From NCBI GenBank assembly GCA_964394925.1, contig CAYMZG010000002.1, positions 20,947 to 84,946 of the forward strand: a stretch of DNA of 64,000 nt, given 5' to 3'. Source of the DNA: an uncultured Candidatus Saccharibacteria bacterium. Lineage in GTDB: Bacteria > Patescibacteriota > Saccharimonadia > Saccharimonadales > CAYLGV01. Under the pieces are notes generated by a model, which was given only the letters and a program-made list of their open reading frames with translations, was not told the DNA's origin and did not search any database. Below, piece after piece: positions 29,698 to 39,759 of the stretch; within the stretch, counting starts at the first letter, position 1, and each line of letters opens with the position of its first letter. Position numbers and translations under genes: made by a program.

Positions 29698-30270
29698 ATG
29701 AGTAATTACAACAAAAACGAAACACCAAAAAGTCGAAAAAAGCTGATTATTATCAGTGTTGTTACGCTGTTGCTTGTTGTTGCAGTGGGCACCTGGCGAT
29801 TCTCTACCCAAAAGAACACAACTGCAAAAGCACCCGAACCACAACCAGGTAGCGTCGCTGATGTTTCACGCCCAACTACTGAAGAGAAGCAAGCTGCCGA
29901 CGACCAGAAAGCCAAGAACGTTGAACGCACTGATATTGAGAAGCAGGCAGAGCAAACTCCTGCGGGCCAAAAGAAGGCCGTTACGCCCATTATTACCTTT
30001 GCCAGTCAAGCCGATGCAAACCTAGAAGTTGGCGCCTTTGTACCTGGTGTCTACGAAGATGGCGGCACCTGTACACTCACTGCAAAGAACGGTAGTGCCA
30101 CCGTCACCAAAACAACCACTGCCTCCAAGAACGCCACGACGACTGATTGCAAGAACCTTGTGGTCGCCGCCAGTGAGTTCTCGCCCAAGGGCAACTGGGA
30201 CATCACGATCACCTATCAATCAGCCACCGCCCAAGGTACTTCACAGGTTAAAACGGTAAGTATTAGGTAA
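29698..30270 (+). CDS. Hypothetical membrane-anchored exported protein
   Basis: TM helix, low-complexity linker, small Ig-like domain with two Cys (GGTCTLT...C...G.W). Confidence 0.8.
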   Translation: MSNYNKNETPKSRKKLIIISVVTLLLVVAVGTWRFSTQKNTTAKAPEPQPGSVADVSRPTTEEKQAADDQKAKNVERTDIEKQAEQTPAGQKKAVTPIITFASQADANLEVGAFVPGVYEDGGTCTLTAKNGSATVTKTTTASKNATTTDCKNLVVAASEFSPKGNWDITITYQSATAQGTSQVKTVSIR

Positions 30271-30274
30271 TTTT

Positions 30275-32710
30275 ATGAAGAAGCTCCTGCTGATATCGAC
30301 ACCCATCTTACTTGCCCTCCTCGTTGGTGTTTGCTTTATAACTCCACCTAAAGCCAATGCATTGTCTGGAAGTGAGTTCACCGCCGGAAGGATTATTGAC
30401 GACAATATATTCTTTAGCCCAAACTCTATGAACGTTGTCGATATCCAGAACTTCTTAAACGCTAAAGTCCCAGTTTGTGACACATGGGGAACACAACCAT
30501 ATGCTGGTACAACTCGGGCTGCCTATGCTGCTAGTAAGGGCTATTCGACACCTTTCACTTGTCTTAAAGACTACCGTCAAGTTACCGTTAGCAAAGCAGC
30601 TGATGGCCTCTGTAACGGTTATGGGGCAGTCAATCAGTCGGCAGCCGACATTATTTATGGTGTCGCTCAAAGCTGTGGAGTAAGTCCAAAAGTACTAATC
30701 GTGCTACTACAAAAAGAGCAGTCGCTGGTATCTGACGATTGGCCTTGGAGTATTCAATACCGTAGTGCCACCGGCTATGGCTGTCCGGATACGGCAGCCT
30801 GCGACTCGACTTACTACGGCTTCTTCAATCAAGTATATGCTGCTGCCCGCGTTTATAAATACTACGCTGCACACCCAGCTGATTTTAACTACCGCGCTGG
30901 ACGCGACAACTTTGTCTTATACAATCCAAACTCTGCTTGTGGTGGTTCTATGGTGTTCCTACAAAACCAAGCAACCGCTGGACTATACATATACACTCCA
31001 TATCAACCAAACCCAGCCGCCTTAAGTAACCTCTATGGTACTGGTGATGGTTGTAGCGCCTATGGAAACCGAAACTTCTGGCGCATGTACCGTGACTGGT
31101 TTGGTAATACCACCGGCCCAGGCTATGAATTTGTTGATGCAGTAAATCCACCAGCCCAGATACTGCCAAACGACGTTACCTCGGTGCGTATTCGTATCCG
31201 TAATCTCTCTGGTACCACCTGGTATGGCGACGGTAATGTGCCATCTGGTCAACACCCACTCAGACTCGCTACGCTTGGCTATGCCAACGATCCACACGGG
31301 AACCCATCAGACCCAAACTGGCTTGGCACCTCCAACCAAGTTCGTATGCAAGAAAGTAGTGTGGCTGACGGTGGTATTGCCACCTTCGACTTCACCTATA
31401 AAGGGCCGATGCAACAAGTCGACAATTATCTTTCTCGATTCACACCAGTACTTGATGGCTCAGCCATTCTGCCGTACGTTGGCATGGTATTTGGCGTAAG
31501 CACTCCAACACCGAACTACGGCTTTGCTGTTACAACTACGACCGGCATTACTAAAGATATGCCAACCAACTACACCCGCCCCGTAACCTACACCATTAAG
31601 AACACCGGTAATGTCGTGTGGTGGGGTGAGTCGGGTCACCCAGTTGGCGCCGCACCAATTCGAATGCTTACCATTCAGCCGTTTTACCATGCAAGCGTCT
31701 TCTATGATGCTAGTACTTGGTTAGCTAATAATCAGATCAAGCAGTCTACCAATAATCGTATTAATCCTGGCCAAGACGCAATCTTCAACTTCAGCCTTAA
31801 GACCCCTGCTACAAGTAGTATATATAACGAAAACTTTGGCCTCGTACTGGATGGTGCCATCCTCTATCCAACTGGTTCGCCAATTAATCTGAACGTAAAC
31901 GTAGCCGACTATTCGTACTCCGTTGTTTCAACAGACATCCCACAAAGCTTAGCCCAAGGCCAGAAGTACCGCGCCAAGATTGTACTTAAGAATACTGGTG
32001 TTGCAACCTGGTATGCTGATGGCCACACCCCTGCAAGTACCTACCCTATTCGAATTATGTCAGCCGGCTACCAGCCATATGGCTTGAGTGATGCCCGAGA
32101 TAGTTCTTGGATCACGCCTGGTACGCAAGTCAAGATGGCGACGAACCAGGTAGCGCCCGGCGATAACGGTGAGTTTAGCTTCGACATTATCGCGCCCTAT
32201 GGCAATGGTGGCGATGTTCTTGGCGACTTCCGCGTTGTCCTAGATGGCCTGCTCATTATGCAAGGCGCTATTCAAGCACGTACAAACGTTCCTGCTCGAA
32301 CCGGCTCCTACATTAACCAGCCAGCTGGTATTTACCCTGTTCTCACTAGCATTGCACCAGGGCAAATAGCCAACGGCAAACTTGTTGTGCGCAACAATAC
32401 CAACTTCGTGTGGTACAGCGATGATAACCGACCATCGATCTTCCGTGGTGGTGCTATGCGCATGGTCATGACCAATCCGTACTACCGAACATCTGCCTTC
32501 AGCAACAGCGCTGACGCTGCCTGGCTTGGTACATCAAACCAGATTAAAATGAGTACTGCAATTGTTAACCCAGGTGAAGATGCCGAATTCCCCTTCACCT
32601 GGAAAGCACCAGCACAATCAGGAACATACACCGATCGCTTCAGTCTTGTACTTGATGGCTATCAGCTCATGCCTGACATCGGCATGCAATTTGTAACCAC
32701 GGTTCAATAG
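30275..32710 (+). CDS. Secreted surface protein: lysozyme-like N-terminal domain plus four tandem NBR1-like Ig repeats
   Basis: Signal peptide; F..GRIIDD.IF, SPKVLIVLLQKEQSL, ATGYGCPD, LYIYTPY, YGNRNF; four repeats N.G...W...P.R...W....Q.....PG....F.F...P...F..VLDG. Confidence 0.78.
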   Translation: MKKLLLISTPILLALLVGVCFITPPKANALSGSEFTAGRIIDDNIFFSPNSMNVVDIQNFLNAKVPVCDTWGTQPYAGTTRAAYAASKGYSTPFTCLKDYRQVTVSKAADGLCNGYGAVNQSAADIIYGVAQSCGVSPKVLIVLLQKEQSLVSDDWPWSIQYRSATGYGCPDTAACDSTYYGFFNQVYAAARVYKYYAAHPADFNYRAGRDNFVLYNPNSACGGSMVFLQNQATAGLYIYTPYQPNPAALSNLYGTGDGCSAYGNRNFWRMYRDWFGNTTGPGYEFVDAVNPPAQILPNDVTSVRIRIRNLSGTTWYGDGNVPSGQHPLRLATLGYANDPHGNPSDPNWLGTSNQVRMQESSVADGGIATFDFTYKGPMQQVDNYLSRFTPVLDGSAILPYVGMVFGVSTPTPNYGFAVTTTTGITKDMPTNYTRPVTYTIKNTGNVVWWGESGHPVGAAPIRMLTIQPFYHASVFYDASTWLANNQIKQSTNNRINPGQDAIFNFSLKTPATSSIYNENFGLVLDGAILYPTGSPINLNVNVADYSYSVVSTDIPQSLAQGQKYRAKIVLKNTGVATWYADGHTPASTYPIRIMSAGYQPYGLSDARDSSWITPGTQVKMATNQVAPGDNGEFSFDIIAPYGNGGDVLGDFRVVLDGLLIMQGAIQARTNVPARTGSYINQPAGIYPVLTSIAPGQIANGKLVVRNNTNFVWYSDDNRPSIFRGGAMRMVMTNPYYRTSAFSNSADAAWLGTSNQIKMSTAIVNPGEDAEFPFTWKAPAQSGTYTDRFSLVLDGYQLMPDIGMQFVTTVQ

Positions 32711-32744
32711 CGTCCTCGTGTAATCTTGTGGTATGCTCGTTGGC

Positions 32745-33686
32745 ATGGATCGCAAGGCACGAATACTACACAAGATTGATGTGCAAGGTGGTAGTGGGCT
32801 GGAACTCGGGCCTCTTACTACCCCTATCGTAACCAAAGATGAAGGGCGTATTTTTTATGTCGACCATATGTCGACAGCTGACTTACGAAAAAAGTATGCC
32901 AATGAACCAGTTGAGCTCGACCAAATAGTTACTGTAGATTACGTGCTTGGTAACAATACACTTAAGAAGGTGGTTGGTACCAAAAAATTCAACTACATAA
33001 TTGCGTCTCACGTTATTGAACATGTTCCTGATGTGGTTTCATGGCTGCAAGAGATTGCCAGCATCCTCAAGCCAAATGGCATCTTGGCTTTGGCAATCCC
33101 CGATAAGCGTTTTACGTTTGATATTACCAGGCAAGATAGCCGGCCGGCCGACATCATCGGAGCATACGTGGATAAACACACAAGGGCTAGCTCAGCGGGC
33201 ATGTACGACTTTGCTATTGAGTACCGGCAAAAAATTAATGCCCAAGAAGTGGTAGATAATAAGTATCGGGACTTTTCTAAGAAACCCAAACGCTACACCC
33301 CTAAAGAAGCTTGGGATATGACGCTGAAAAATGCCGCTGAAAAAGAATATGTGGATTCACATTGTCATGTTTTTACACCTTACTCATTCTTTGAAATTGT
33401 CAAAGCACTGATCGAACATGACCTTTTTGACTTTGAGGTGGCTGATTTCCACGACACAGCAAACCATGAAATTGAGTTTGTCGTGAGCCTTAAGAAGATA
33501 TCGAAAAAAGATCGTCGATTGCAACTCAAAAGTGTTCCCAAGCTCCCTAGTCCAAAAAGAAATTATGAGCTTGAAGAAAGAATTGATGAACTCGAGAAGC
33601 AACTACATAATGTGTTAACTTCTCATTCCTGGCGCGTTACCAAGCCAATGCGCAAAGTGATCAACAAAGCCAAGCGCCAAAAGTAA
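32745..33686 (+). CDS. SAM-dependent methyltransferase with C-terminal coiled coil
   Basis: GLELGP; IASHVIEHVPD; LKPNG; PDKRFTFD; tail ELEKQL...SHSWRVTKPMR; start moved to ATG 32745, just after TGTGGTATGCT. Confidence 0.85.
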   Translation: MDRKARILHKIDVQGGSGLELGPLTTPIVTKDEGRIFYVDHMSTADLRKKYANEPVELDQIVTVDYVLGNNTLKKVVGTKKFNYIIASHVIEHVPDVVSWLQEIASILKPNGILALAIPDKRFTFDITRQDSRPADIIGAYVDKHTRASSAGMYDFAIEYRQKINAQEVVDNKYRDFSKKPKRYTPKEAWDMTLKNAAEKEYVDSHCHVFTPYSFFEIVKALIEHDLFDFEVADFHDTANHEIEFVVSLKKISKKDRRLQLKSVPKLPSPKRNYELEERIDELEKQLHNVLTSHSWRVTKPMRKVINKAKRQK

Positions 33687-33714
33687 TGCAGACTAAGTTT
33701 GGTAGTATATAGCT

Positions 33715-34728
33715 ATGGCATCACCCCTTGTTGGCATTGTAATCCTTAACTGGAATCGGTTAGAGCTTACTCAGAAGTGCCTTAAAAGCGTCGCAAAGCA
33801 GACCTATGACAACTACCAGGTCTATCTCATTGATAATGGCTCGCGAGATGGTTCGGTAGAGTGGCTACAAGCTCAAACCGAGCTAAATACTGTGTATAAC
33901 CCAAAGAATGTTGGTTTTGCTCGCGCCATTAACCAAGGTATATCGACTGCTCTTGAATCAGATTGCCAGTATGTTGTTGCACTCAATAACGATGCCGAGA
34001 TCTCAGCAGACTGGCTCAGTAAACTCGTTTCTTATATGGAAAAACATCCGAAAGCTGGTTTTGCCCAAGGTGCATCTATGCAAGCGGATAGTAAAAAATT
34101 GTTTGATAGCTCAGGAATTTACCTGGAGCGTGGTTTTATTCCAAACCAACGTGCCCTTGGTAGTTCTGAGCCAAAACTTGATATGCCGATTATTGGCCCA
34201 AACGCCGCCGGTGCTATCTACCGCGCTGACATGCTACGTGCCGTGCGTCACAGTTCAAAAGAGTATTTTGATGGTCGTTTCTTTGCCTATGTTGAAGATG
34301 TCGACTTTAATCTACGGTGTACTATGCGTGGCTATGAATGTGGCTATGTGCCTGATGCAAAACTCTTCCATATTGGTTCAGCCACAGGCAATACCATTGC
34401 CAAGAAGAAGATGTTCTGGGGGTCTCGTAACATGGTGTGGCTAGTATACAAGAACGTGCCTCTTCGAGTGCTAAAACGAACAATTAAGTCCATTATTAAG
34501 AGCCATTTGGCAAACTTGCAATTCTTATGGCGCGAACAACGAGCAAACTTCTACCCCTACTTGTACGGCCTTTTGGTTGGCCTCATTGCTATTCCGTGGT
34601 TTATGAGACGACGTTGGATTAACCTGCATGCCCGAACTGTATCCAACGAGGTATTATTCGAGATGCTTATTCCTTCAAATCCACCCCTATCAAACCCGTT
34701 CCGAAAACTCCGTGATCTGTTAAAATAG
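33715..34728 (+). CDS. GT2 glycosyltransferase (rhamnosyltransferase-like)
   Basis: VILNWN; DNGS.DGS; N.GFA...NQG; LNND; FFAYVEDVD. Confidence 0.92.
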   Translation: MASPLVGIVILNWNRLELTQKCLKSVAKQTYDNYQVYLIDNGSRDGSVEWLQAQTELNTVYNPKNVGFARAINQGISTALESDCQYVVALNNDAEISADWLSKLVSYMEKHPKAGFAQGASMQADSKKLFDSSGIYLERGFIPNQRALGSSEPKLDMPIIGPNAAGAIYRADMLRAVRHSSKEYFDGRFFAYVEDVDFNLRCTMRGYECGYVPDAKLFHIGSATGNTIAKKKMFWGSRNMVWLVYKNVPLRVLKRTIKSIIKSHLANLQFLWREQRANFYPYLYGLLVGLIAIPWFMRRRWINLHARTVSNEVLFEMLIPSNPPLSNPFRKLRDLLK

Positions 34729-34734
34729 AGCGAG

Positions 34735-36612
34735 ATGACAAGAAAACGGATTAGTTTTGTAGTCCTTAACTGGAATGGTATTCACGACACCCTCCCTTGC
34801 TTAGACTCCATTCGTAAACAAACTGTTACCGACTACGAAATCATTGTCGTGGATAATGGTTCAGCCGAAGATCAAAAGGAAACACTTCGCAGTATAAAAG
34901 ATATTACCTTGGTTGACTTGCCAGTTAACACTGGTTTTACTGGTGGGCAGATTGCTGGACTAGAACAGGCTAGTGGTGACTATGTGGCGCTTATCAATAA
35001 CGATGCAGTAATTGCACCCGACTGGGGCAAAAACGCGCTCAAGGTGTTTGAAACGGCTGATTTTGAGCATATTGCTGCAGTTGGTGGACGCGCCTATTCA
35101 TGGGACGAATCAAAAGATGAAAAACCTTTCGTGACTGAGAACCCGTTTTATAGCTACCAAGTAGTCGATCCTAAAACTGGCCACACCCGAACCTTAACCT
35201 ATGGTGACAAAACAGTGTCCGTTAACTCAATCTCAGGATCGGGTGTCATGATTAGTCGCAAGGCTATTGATAAGGTTGGTTATTTTGATCCCGACTTCTT
35301 TGCCTATTACGAAGAGACTGATTTATTTGCCCGATTTAAACGGGCTGGCTTTCACATTATTTACGAGCCAACCCTTCATACCTGGCACAAGATTGCTCAG
35401 AGTACCCGTTCTAAGCCGGACTTTTACCTTTACCAGATGCATCGGAATCGCTTTCTCTTTGCCGTTAAGAACTACGATAAGCCGTACCTGCGTCACTTTC
35501 TATGGACATACAAGAAAGAGTGGCTACGAGCCCTTGCAAGCATACTAAGGCACGGTAAGAGCAAACGTATTGAGCAAAAGAATCTTGTAAAAGCCGGTTT
35601 ATGGAATGCTAAGCATCTTTTTGGTACCTATAAAAAACGTCGAGAGGTTCAAAGTGAAGGCAGTTCTTACTCCTCACTTTTATTTGATGATGCTTGGGAG
35701 ACTATCACCGTTGTCATTCCTGCCTACAACTACCAGCAATATGTTGCTGAGGCAATTGAGTCGGTTCTAAAGCAAACCCTTCTTCCAGATGAAATAATCG
35801 TAATCGACGATGGATCAACTGACAAAACCCTCGAAGTAATTAACAAATATAAGGACGATGTCACTGTTGTTACACAGAAGAATAGTGGCGTTATCAAGAC
35901 CAAGAATCGCGGGCTTGATATGGCTACCAGCGACTGGATCATATTCTTTGACGCCGATGACATTCTCGATAAAACATACCTTCAAACGCTCTCAAAAGAA
36001 GCACGTTTGCATCACGCAGATGTTGTGTACACGGCCATGGAATTTATTGGTGCCGAATCTGGCATATTTACCTCTCGCCATTACAGTAAAAGCTCCCTTA
36101 TGAAGGGAAACTACGTACACAATAGTGCCCTCATTCGAAGAGCCCTTCTTTTACAAACTGGTGGTTATAAACAAGCGCTTCACTTCGGCTATGAAGACTG
36201 GGAATTGTATTTAGGGCTGGCGGAGATAAACGCCCGTTTCTATTACGTATCCGATCCCTTGTTTTATTACAGACGACATGAAGGTGCTAGTCGAGACCTC
36301 GACGCACAGTCAAAACTTGAACATGCCAAGGCCGAGATCCAATCATTACACCCTGGGCTATATAATCGTCGCCACAAAATATATTCAGCTCTATACGCTA
36401 TGGTAACGTTTGGCCACAGGCGTACGCCCATGCAAGCCCTTCGAGATATTCGCTACCTTTTTATTACCAAGCTTGATAGCTTAAGTAAACATTCAAAACT
36501 ACTAGAAAAACTTCTTGCCTTTGCCCGGCTCATAAGTTCTGGCCAATTCGGTACAATATATAATAAGGTTAAGCTCAATATTAAGCGGGTGTGGCGTAAG
36601 GTGGTTCGATGA
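34735..36612 (+). CDS. Two-domain GT2 glycosyltransferase
   Basis: Domain 1: VVLNWN, DNGS, INND, YEETD. Domain 2: VVIPAYN, DDGSTD, DADD, YEDWE. Confidence 0.92.
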   Translation: MTRKRISFVVLNWNGIHDTLPCLDSIRKQTVTDYEIIVVDNGSAEDQKETLRSIKDITLVDLPVNTGFTGGQIAGLEQASGDYVALINNDAVIAPDWGKNALKVFETADFEHIAAVGGRAYSWDESKDEKPFVTENPFYSYQVVDPKTGHTRTLTYGDKTVSVNSISGSGVMISRKAIDKVGYFDPDFFAYYEETDLFARFKRAGFHIIYEPTLHTWHKIAQSTRSKPDFYLYQMHRNRFLFAVKNYDKPYLRHFLWTYKKEWLRALASILRHGKSKRIEQKNLVKAGLWNAKHLFGTYKKRREVQSEGSSYSSLLFDDAWETITVVIPAYNYQQYVAEAIESVLKQTLLPDEIIVIDDGSTDKTLEVINKYKDDVTVVTQKNSGVIKTKNRGLDMATSDWIIFFDADDILDKTYLQTLSKEARLHHADVVYTAMEFIGAESGIFTSRHYSKSSLMKGNYVHNSALIRRALLLQTGGYKQALHFGYEDWELYLGLAEINARFYYVSDPLFYYRRHEGASRDLDAQSKLEHAKAEIQSLHPGLYNRRHKIYSALYAMVTFGHRRTPMQALRDIRYLFITKLDSLSKHSKLLEKLLAFARLISSGQFGTIYNKVKLNIKRVWRKVVR

Positions 36613-37529
36613 AGCGTAATGTAGGTATTGTGATTGTAAGCTATAACTCTGCTGATGAACTCAAAGAGTGTGTTTCCAAGGCCTTGGCTGCTATTACTAA
36701 AGCAGGTGTCGAAGGTAATGTGGTGGTGGTTGATAATAACTCTAAGGATAACTCTGTAAAAGTCTGTAAGTCACTAAATGTAGAATGTATCGCCAACAAA
36801 GAGAATAAAGGTTTCTCTGTGGCGGTCAATCAGGGTATTAAGCGACTTTTTGAACTCAAAGCCACCGATATTCTCATTCTCAATCCTGATGCTATGATGG
36901 ACCCTGAGTGTTTGCAGTTTATGCTCGCTGAACTCGATAAACATGAGGGCGTGGGTGCAGTTGGTCCCAGTATGCTTGATGCGAGCGGTAAATCAACCAC
37001 TGACGGCTACTACTTAAAAGCACCGTCATGGATTAGTGTTATGTTATTCTCTACTTTCCTGAGACCGTTCTTCATTAAGAAGCCATTTTTTGTTAATCAC
37101 TTTTATCAAGAGGCCAACCTTAGCGATAGTCGTACTGTAGAACAGATCCCGGGGGCGTGCTTACTCGTGCCAAAGCCCGTACTTGATGATATTGGCTTAT
37201 TAGACGAGGATTTCGCTATCTGGTTCGAGGACGTAGAATGGAGTTATCGAGCCCGTAAACATGGTTACAAGTTGTGGTTCTGTGCCCCGGCAAAAGTTGT
37301 TCACGAAGGCGGTGTTTCATTCTCAAAGTGGCAAAGCCTAGATAAAGCCGTGACATTCTACGTAAGCATGCGAACATTCTTTATAAAGCACAAGCCGGTG
37401 AGCAGCCTGATGGTACAGCTCGTTCTGATTGGTAACTCGTTCGCTTTGTATCTTAAGAGTCGTGACAAATCAAACCTGGTATTTATTAAACGTTACCTCA
37501 AACAGAAAAAGGGTGTACTTCCCTCATAG
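36609..37529 (+). CDS. GT2 glycosyltransferase (WbbL-like)
   Basis: IVSYN; VDNNSKD; NKGFS...NQG; LNPD; PGACL; FEDVEW. Confidence 0.92.
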   Translation: MKRNVGIVIVSYNSADELKECVSKALAAITKAGVEGNVVVVDNNSKDNSVKVCKSLNVECIANKENKGFSVAVNQGIKRLFELKATDILILNPDAMMDPECLQFMLAELDKHEGVGAVGPSMLDASGKSTTDGYYLKAPSWISVMLFSTFLRPFFIKKPFFVNHFYQEANLSDSRTVEQIPGACLLVPKPVLDDIGLLDEDFAIWFEDVEWSYRARKHGYKLWFCAPAKVVHEGGVSFSKWQSLDKAVTFYVSMRTFFIKHKPVSSLMVQLVLIGNSFALYLKSRDKSNLVFIKRYLKQKKGVLPS

Positions 37530-37539
37530 CACCAGAGTA

Positions 37540-38568
37540 TTAGCTCTTGCGACCTTTTTTACGAACAGTTTGAACAGGGTGAGTTATGCGCCAGCTTGGT
37601 GATTTATGTATCGCTTCAATATTATGCTCAAGCTCCTTAGCATGTACGGCCGCATGATCATGTGCACCCTGAAGATGGGATTCGCGTTCTTGTAAGTAAG
37701 CTACGTCTTTTTGTAGGTTCTTTACCATACCTACGTAGGCTTCGCTTATCTTAGAAAGATAATCGATAATTACTTTCACATCCTGTGTTTCATCGGTACT
37801 CGATGTGTCTTGAAGCATCGCCTTTCTTACGGCGTTAATTACTCTTGAATCACTACTAATGACGTATATGTATCGATAATGTGGCGCACCTGCCGCTTCA
37901 ACATTATCTAGGTGAGTGTTATAGAACTGGCTGACGTCAACAATGTCTTTAATGTCATGATCAAATGATGCACCCGTAAACATTAGGGTTTGGGTCATGA
38001 ACCATAGTAAGAGATTGTTTGTAGGCACCTTAACAAATTGCAGACCAAGTTCATCTATGTACTTCTCGATAAGAGTTTGGTCAGGCAGACCATACTCAAT
38101 ATGCTCCTGGAGCCACGGGTGATCTTTACCTGTTACAAGCTTATATATGTCGTTAGCTTTTATCTCTGTGTGTCTAACGTTCTTTTGGTTATCTTCAAAT
38201 GGTGCAGCAATAATGGCCGCGTATTTTGCTACACGGCTTGCCTCGGCAACAAATGCTCTACGCAAGTCTTTTGGAATATGCTCGAAGGTATCGAAACTTA
38301 CCGCAACATCGTAGCTGTCATCGGGGAATGTCATCTTTGTTGCATCACCTTTTAAGTAGCCATCGTAAACCTCGTCAAAGACATCAAGTATGGTTACCGT
38401 GTCGCTAGATAGGAAATCACCAGTGTGCCCCTTATGGCCACCAAGATCAATTATTTTAAGCGACTTATTCTTAGCATCCAACCTAATGGCAGTATCAATG
38501 ATGTCTTTAACAATAGCTTGGCGGCTATATTGATCGAATGGCAGTTCTTGGGCTTTTACTTTTATCAT
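37540..38568 (-). CDS. SAM-dependent methyltransferase with C-terminal coiled coil (WbdD-like chain-terminator architecture)
   Basis: IIDLGG; GDAT.M.F.D.SYD; DTFEHIP; EH..YGLP; coiled coil ending SPSWRITHP; coupled to wzt. Confidence 0.82.
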   Translation of the reverse strand: MIKVKAQELPFDQYSRQAIVKDIIDTAIRLDAKNKSLKIIDLGGHKGHTGDFLSSDTVTILDVFDEVYDGYLKGDATKMTFPDDSYDVAVSFDTFEHIPKDLRRAFVAEASRVAKYAAIIAAPFEDNQKNVRHTEIKANDIYKLVTGKDHPWLQEHIEYGLPDQTLIEKYIDELGLQFVKVPTNNLLLWFMTQTLMFTGASFDHDIKDIVDVSQFYNTHLDNVEAAGAPHYRYIYVISSDSRVINAVRKAMLQDTSSTDETQDVKVIIDYLSKISEAYVGMVKNLQKDVAYLQERESHLQGAHDHAAVHAKELEHNIEAIHKSPSWRITHPVQTVRKKGRKS

Positions 38569-39758
38569 TTAGATGACCATGTTCCGAATAGGTTAACTTT
38601 ACCAAATAGGTTGTGGACATCTGATACAACTTTAATAGTGTAGTGACGATCGAGGTGATCAAATTCATGTACAAGATCTTTATCGTAGACGGCCACGGTA
38701 ACTTTGTATTCACCAGGTAGGAGTGGTAACTGGTTAACGGTATATGTGACTGTCTCTGAACTGTTAGCGGCTATCATACCGCTGTTTGGCCCTGAAATGT
38801 TTACACCGTACATATCTGTAATATTAAGTCCGAGAATGATGTCTTCGGGCTTTTCTTCAGACTTAAATGTGAAATCGATAGAGAGTGGATCACCCATATT
38901 CAGTGTATTGTCTTCTAGAGCCTTTTTGCCTGAACGGAATGTTACATTGTCGACCGTAACTTTGCCGTTACCCCAACGAGTAGGTTGATCAGTAATATCT
39001 TCGCCCTCACCCTTGGTCGAACTACTTGAGTTTAGCTTGTCGTAGATTGCACTTGCCTCGCCAGGCTTATGAACACCTTCTGAGCGGCTCTTGTGTACCA
39101 CCAGCACTTTGTCACAGAAACGTTCCACGGCTGACATGTCGTGTGTAACAAAAACAATAGTGCGACCTTCTTTTTTCAATGCCGTGAAGATCTCGTAACA
39201 TTTGCGTTGGAATGATGTGTCGCCAACCGCCAATACTTCGTCGATAAGCAGAATATCACTCTTTGAACGTATGGCAATTGAGAATGCTAAACGCACCTGC
39301 ATACCCGATGAATAGTTCTTTAGCTTCTGATCCATAAATTTATGGAGCTCGGCGAAATCGACAATTTCGTCATACATTGCATCCATCTCTTTGCGACTAA
39401 AGCCAAGGAGAGCACCGTTTAAATACACGTTTTCACGACCAGTAAGGTTAGGATTAAAACCAACGCCAAGCTCAATAAATGGCGTTAACCTACCGTTGAC
39501 TTGTACATGCCCTTCGTTTGGTTCATAGATTCCGGCAAGCATCTTAAGAAGTGTGCTTTTGCCGCTTCCGTTACGACCAACAATGCCGAAGAATTCACCT
39601 TCTTGCACCTCAAATGAGATATTTCGTAGCACCCGTTGACGCTCAAAGGTTCGCTTGCCTTTAAATAAGTTTACAAATAAACCCTTGATGCTGTTTTGTT
39701 TCTGATGTGGTAATTTAAATGTCTTGCTGACATTCTTTACTTCAATGGCAACACCCAT
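38565..39758 (-). CDS. wzt: Polysaccharide ABC transporter ATPase with C-terminal carbohydrate-binding domain
   Basis: GRNGSGKST; ELGVGFNP.LTGREN; YSSGMQVRLAF; DEVLAVGD; C-terminal Wzt_C (RWGNG...LLPGEY); start ATG 39758. Confidence 0.93.
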   Translation of the reverse strand: MGVAIEVKNVSKTFKLPHQKQNSIKGLFVNLFKGKRTFERQRVLRNISFEVQEGEFFGIVGRNGSGKSTLLKMLAGIYEPNEGHVQVNGRLTPFIELGVGFNPNLTGRENVYLNGALLGFSRKEMDAMYDEIVDFAELHKFMDQKLKNYSSGMQVRLAFSIAIRSKSDILLIDEVLAVGDTSFQRKCYEIFTALKKEGRTIVFVTHDMSAVERFCDKVLVVHKSRSEGVHKPGEASAIYDKLNSSSSTKGEGEDITDQPTRWGNGKVTVDNVTFRSGKKALEDNTLNMGDPLSIDFTFKSEEKPEDIILGLNITDMYGVNISGPNSGMIAANSSETVTYTVNQLPLLPGEYKVTVAVYDKDLVHEFDHLDRHYTIKVVSDVHNLFGKVNLFGTWSSK

Positions 39759-39759
39759 G

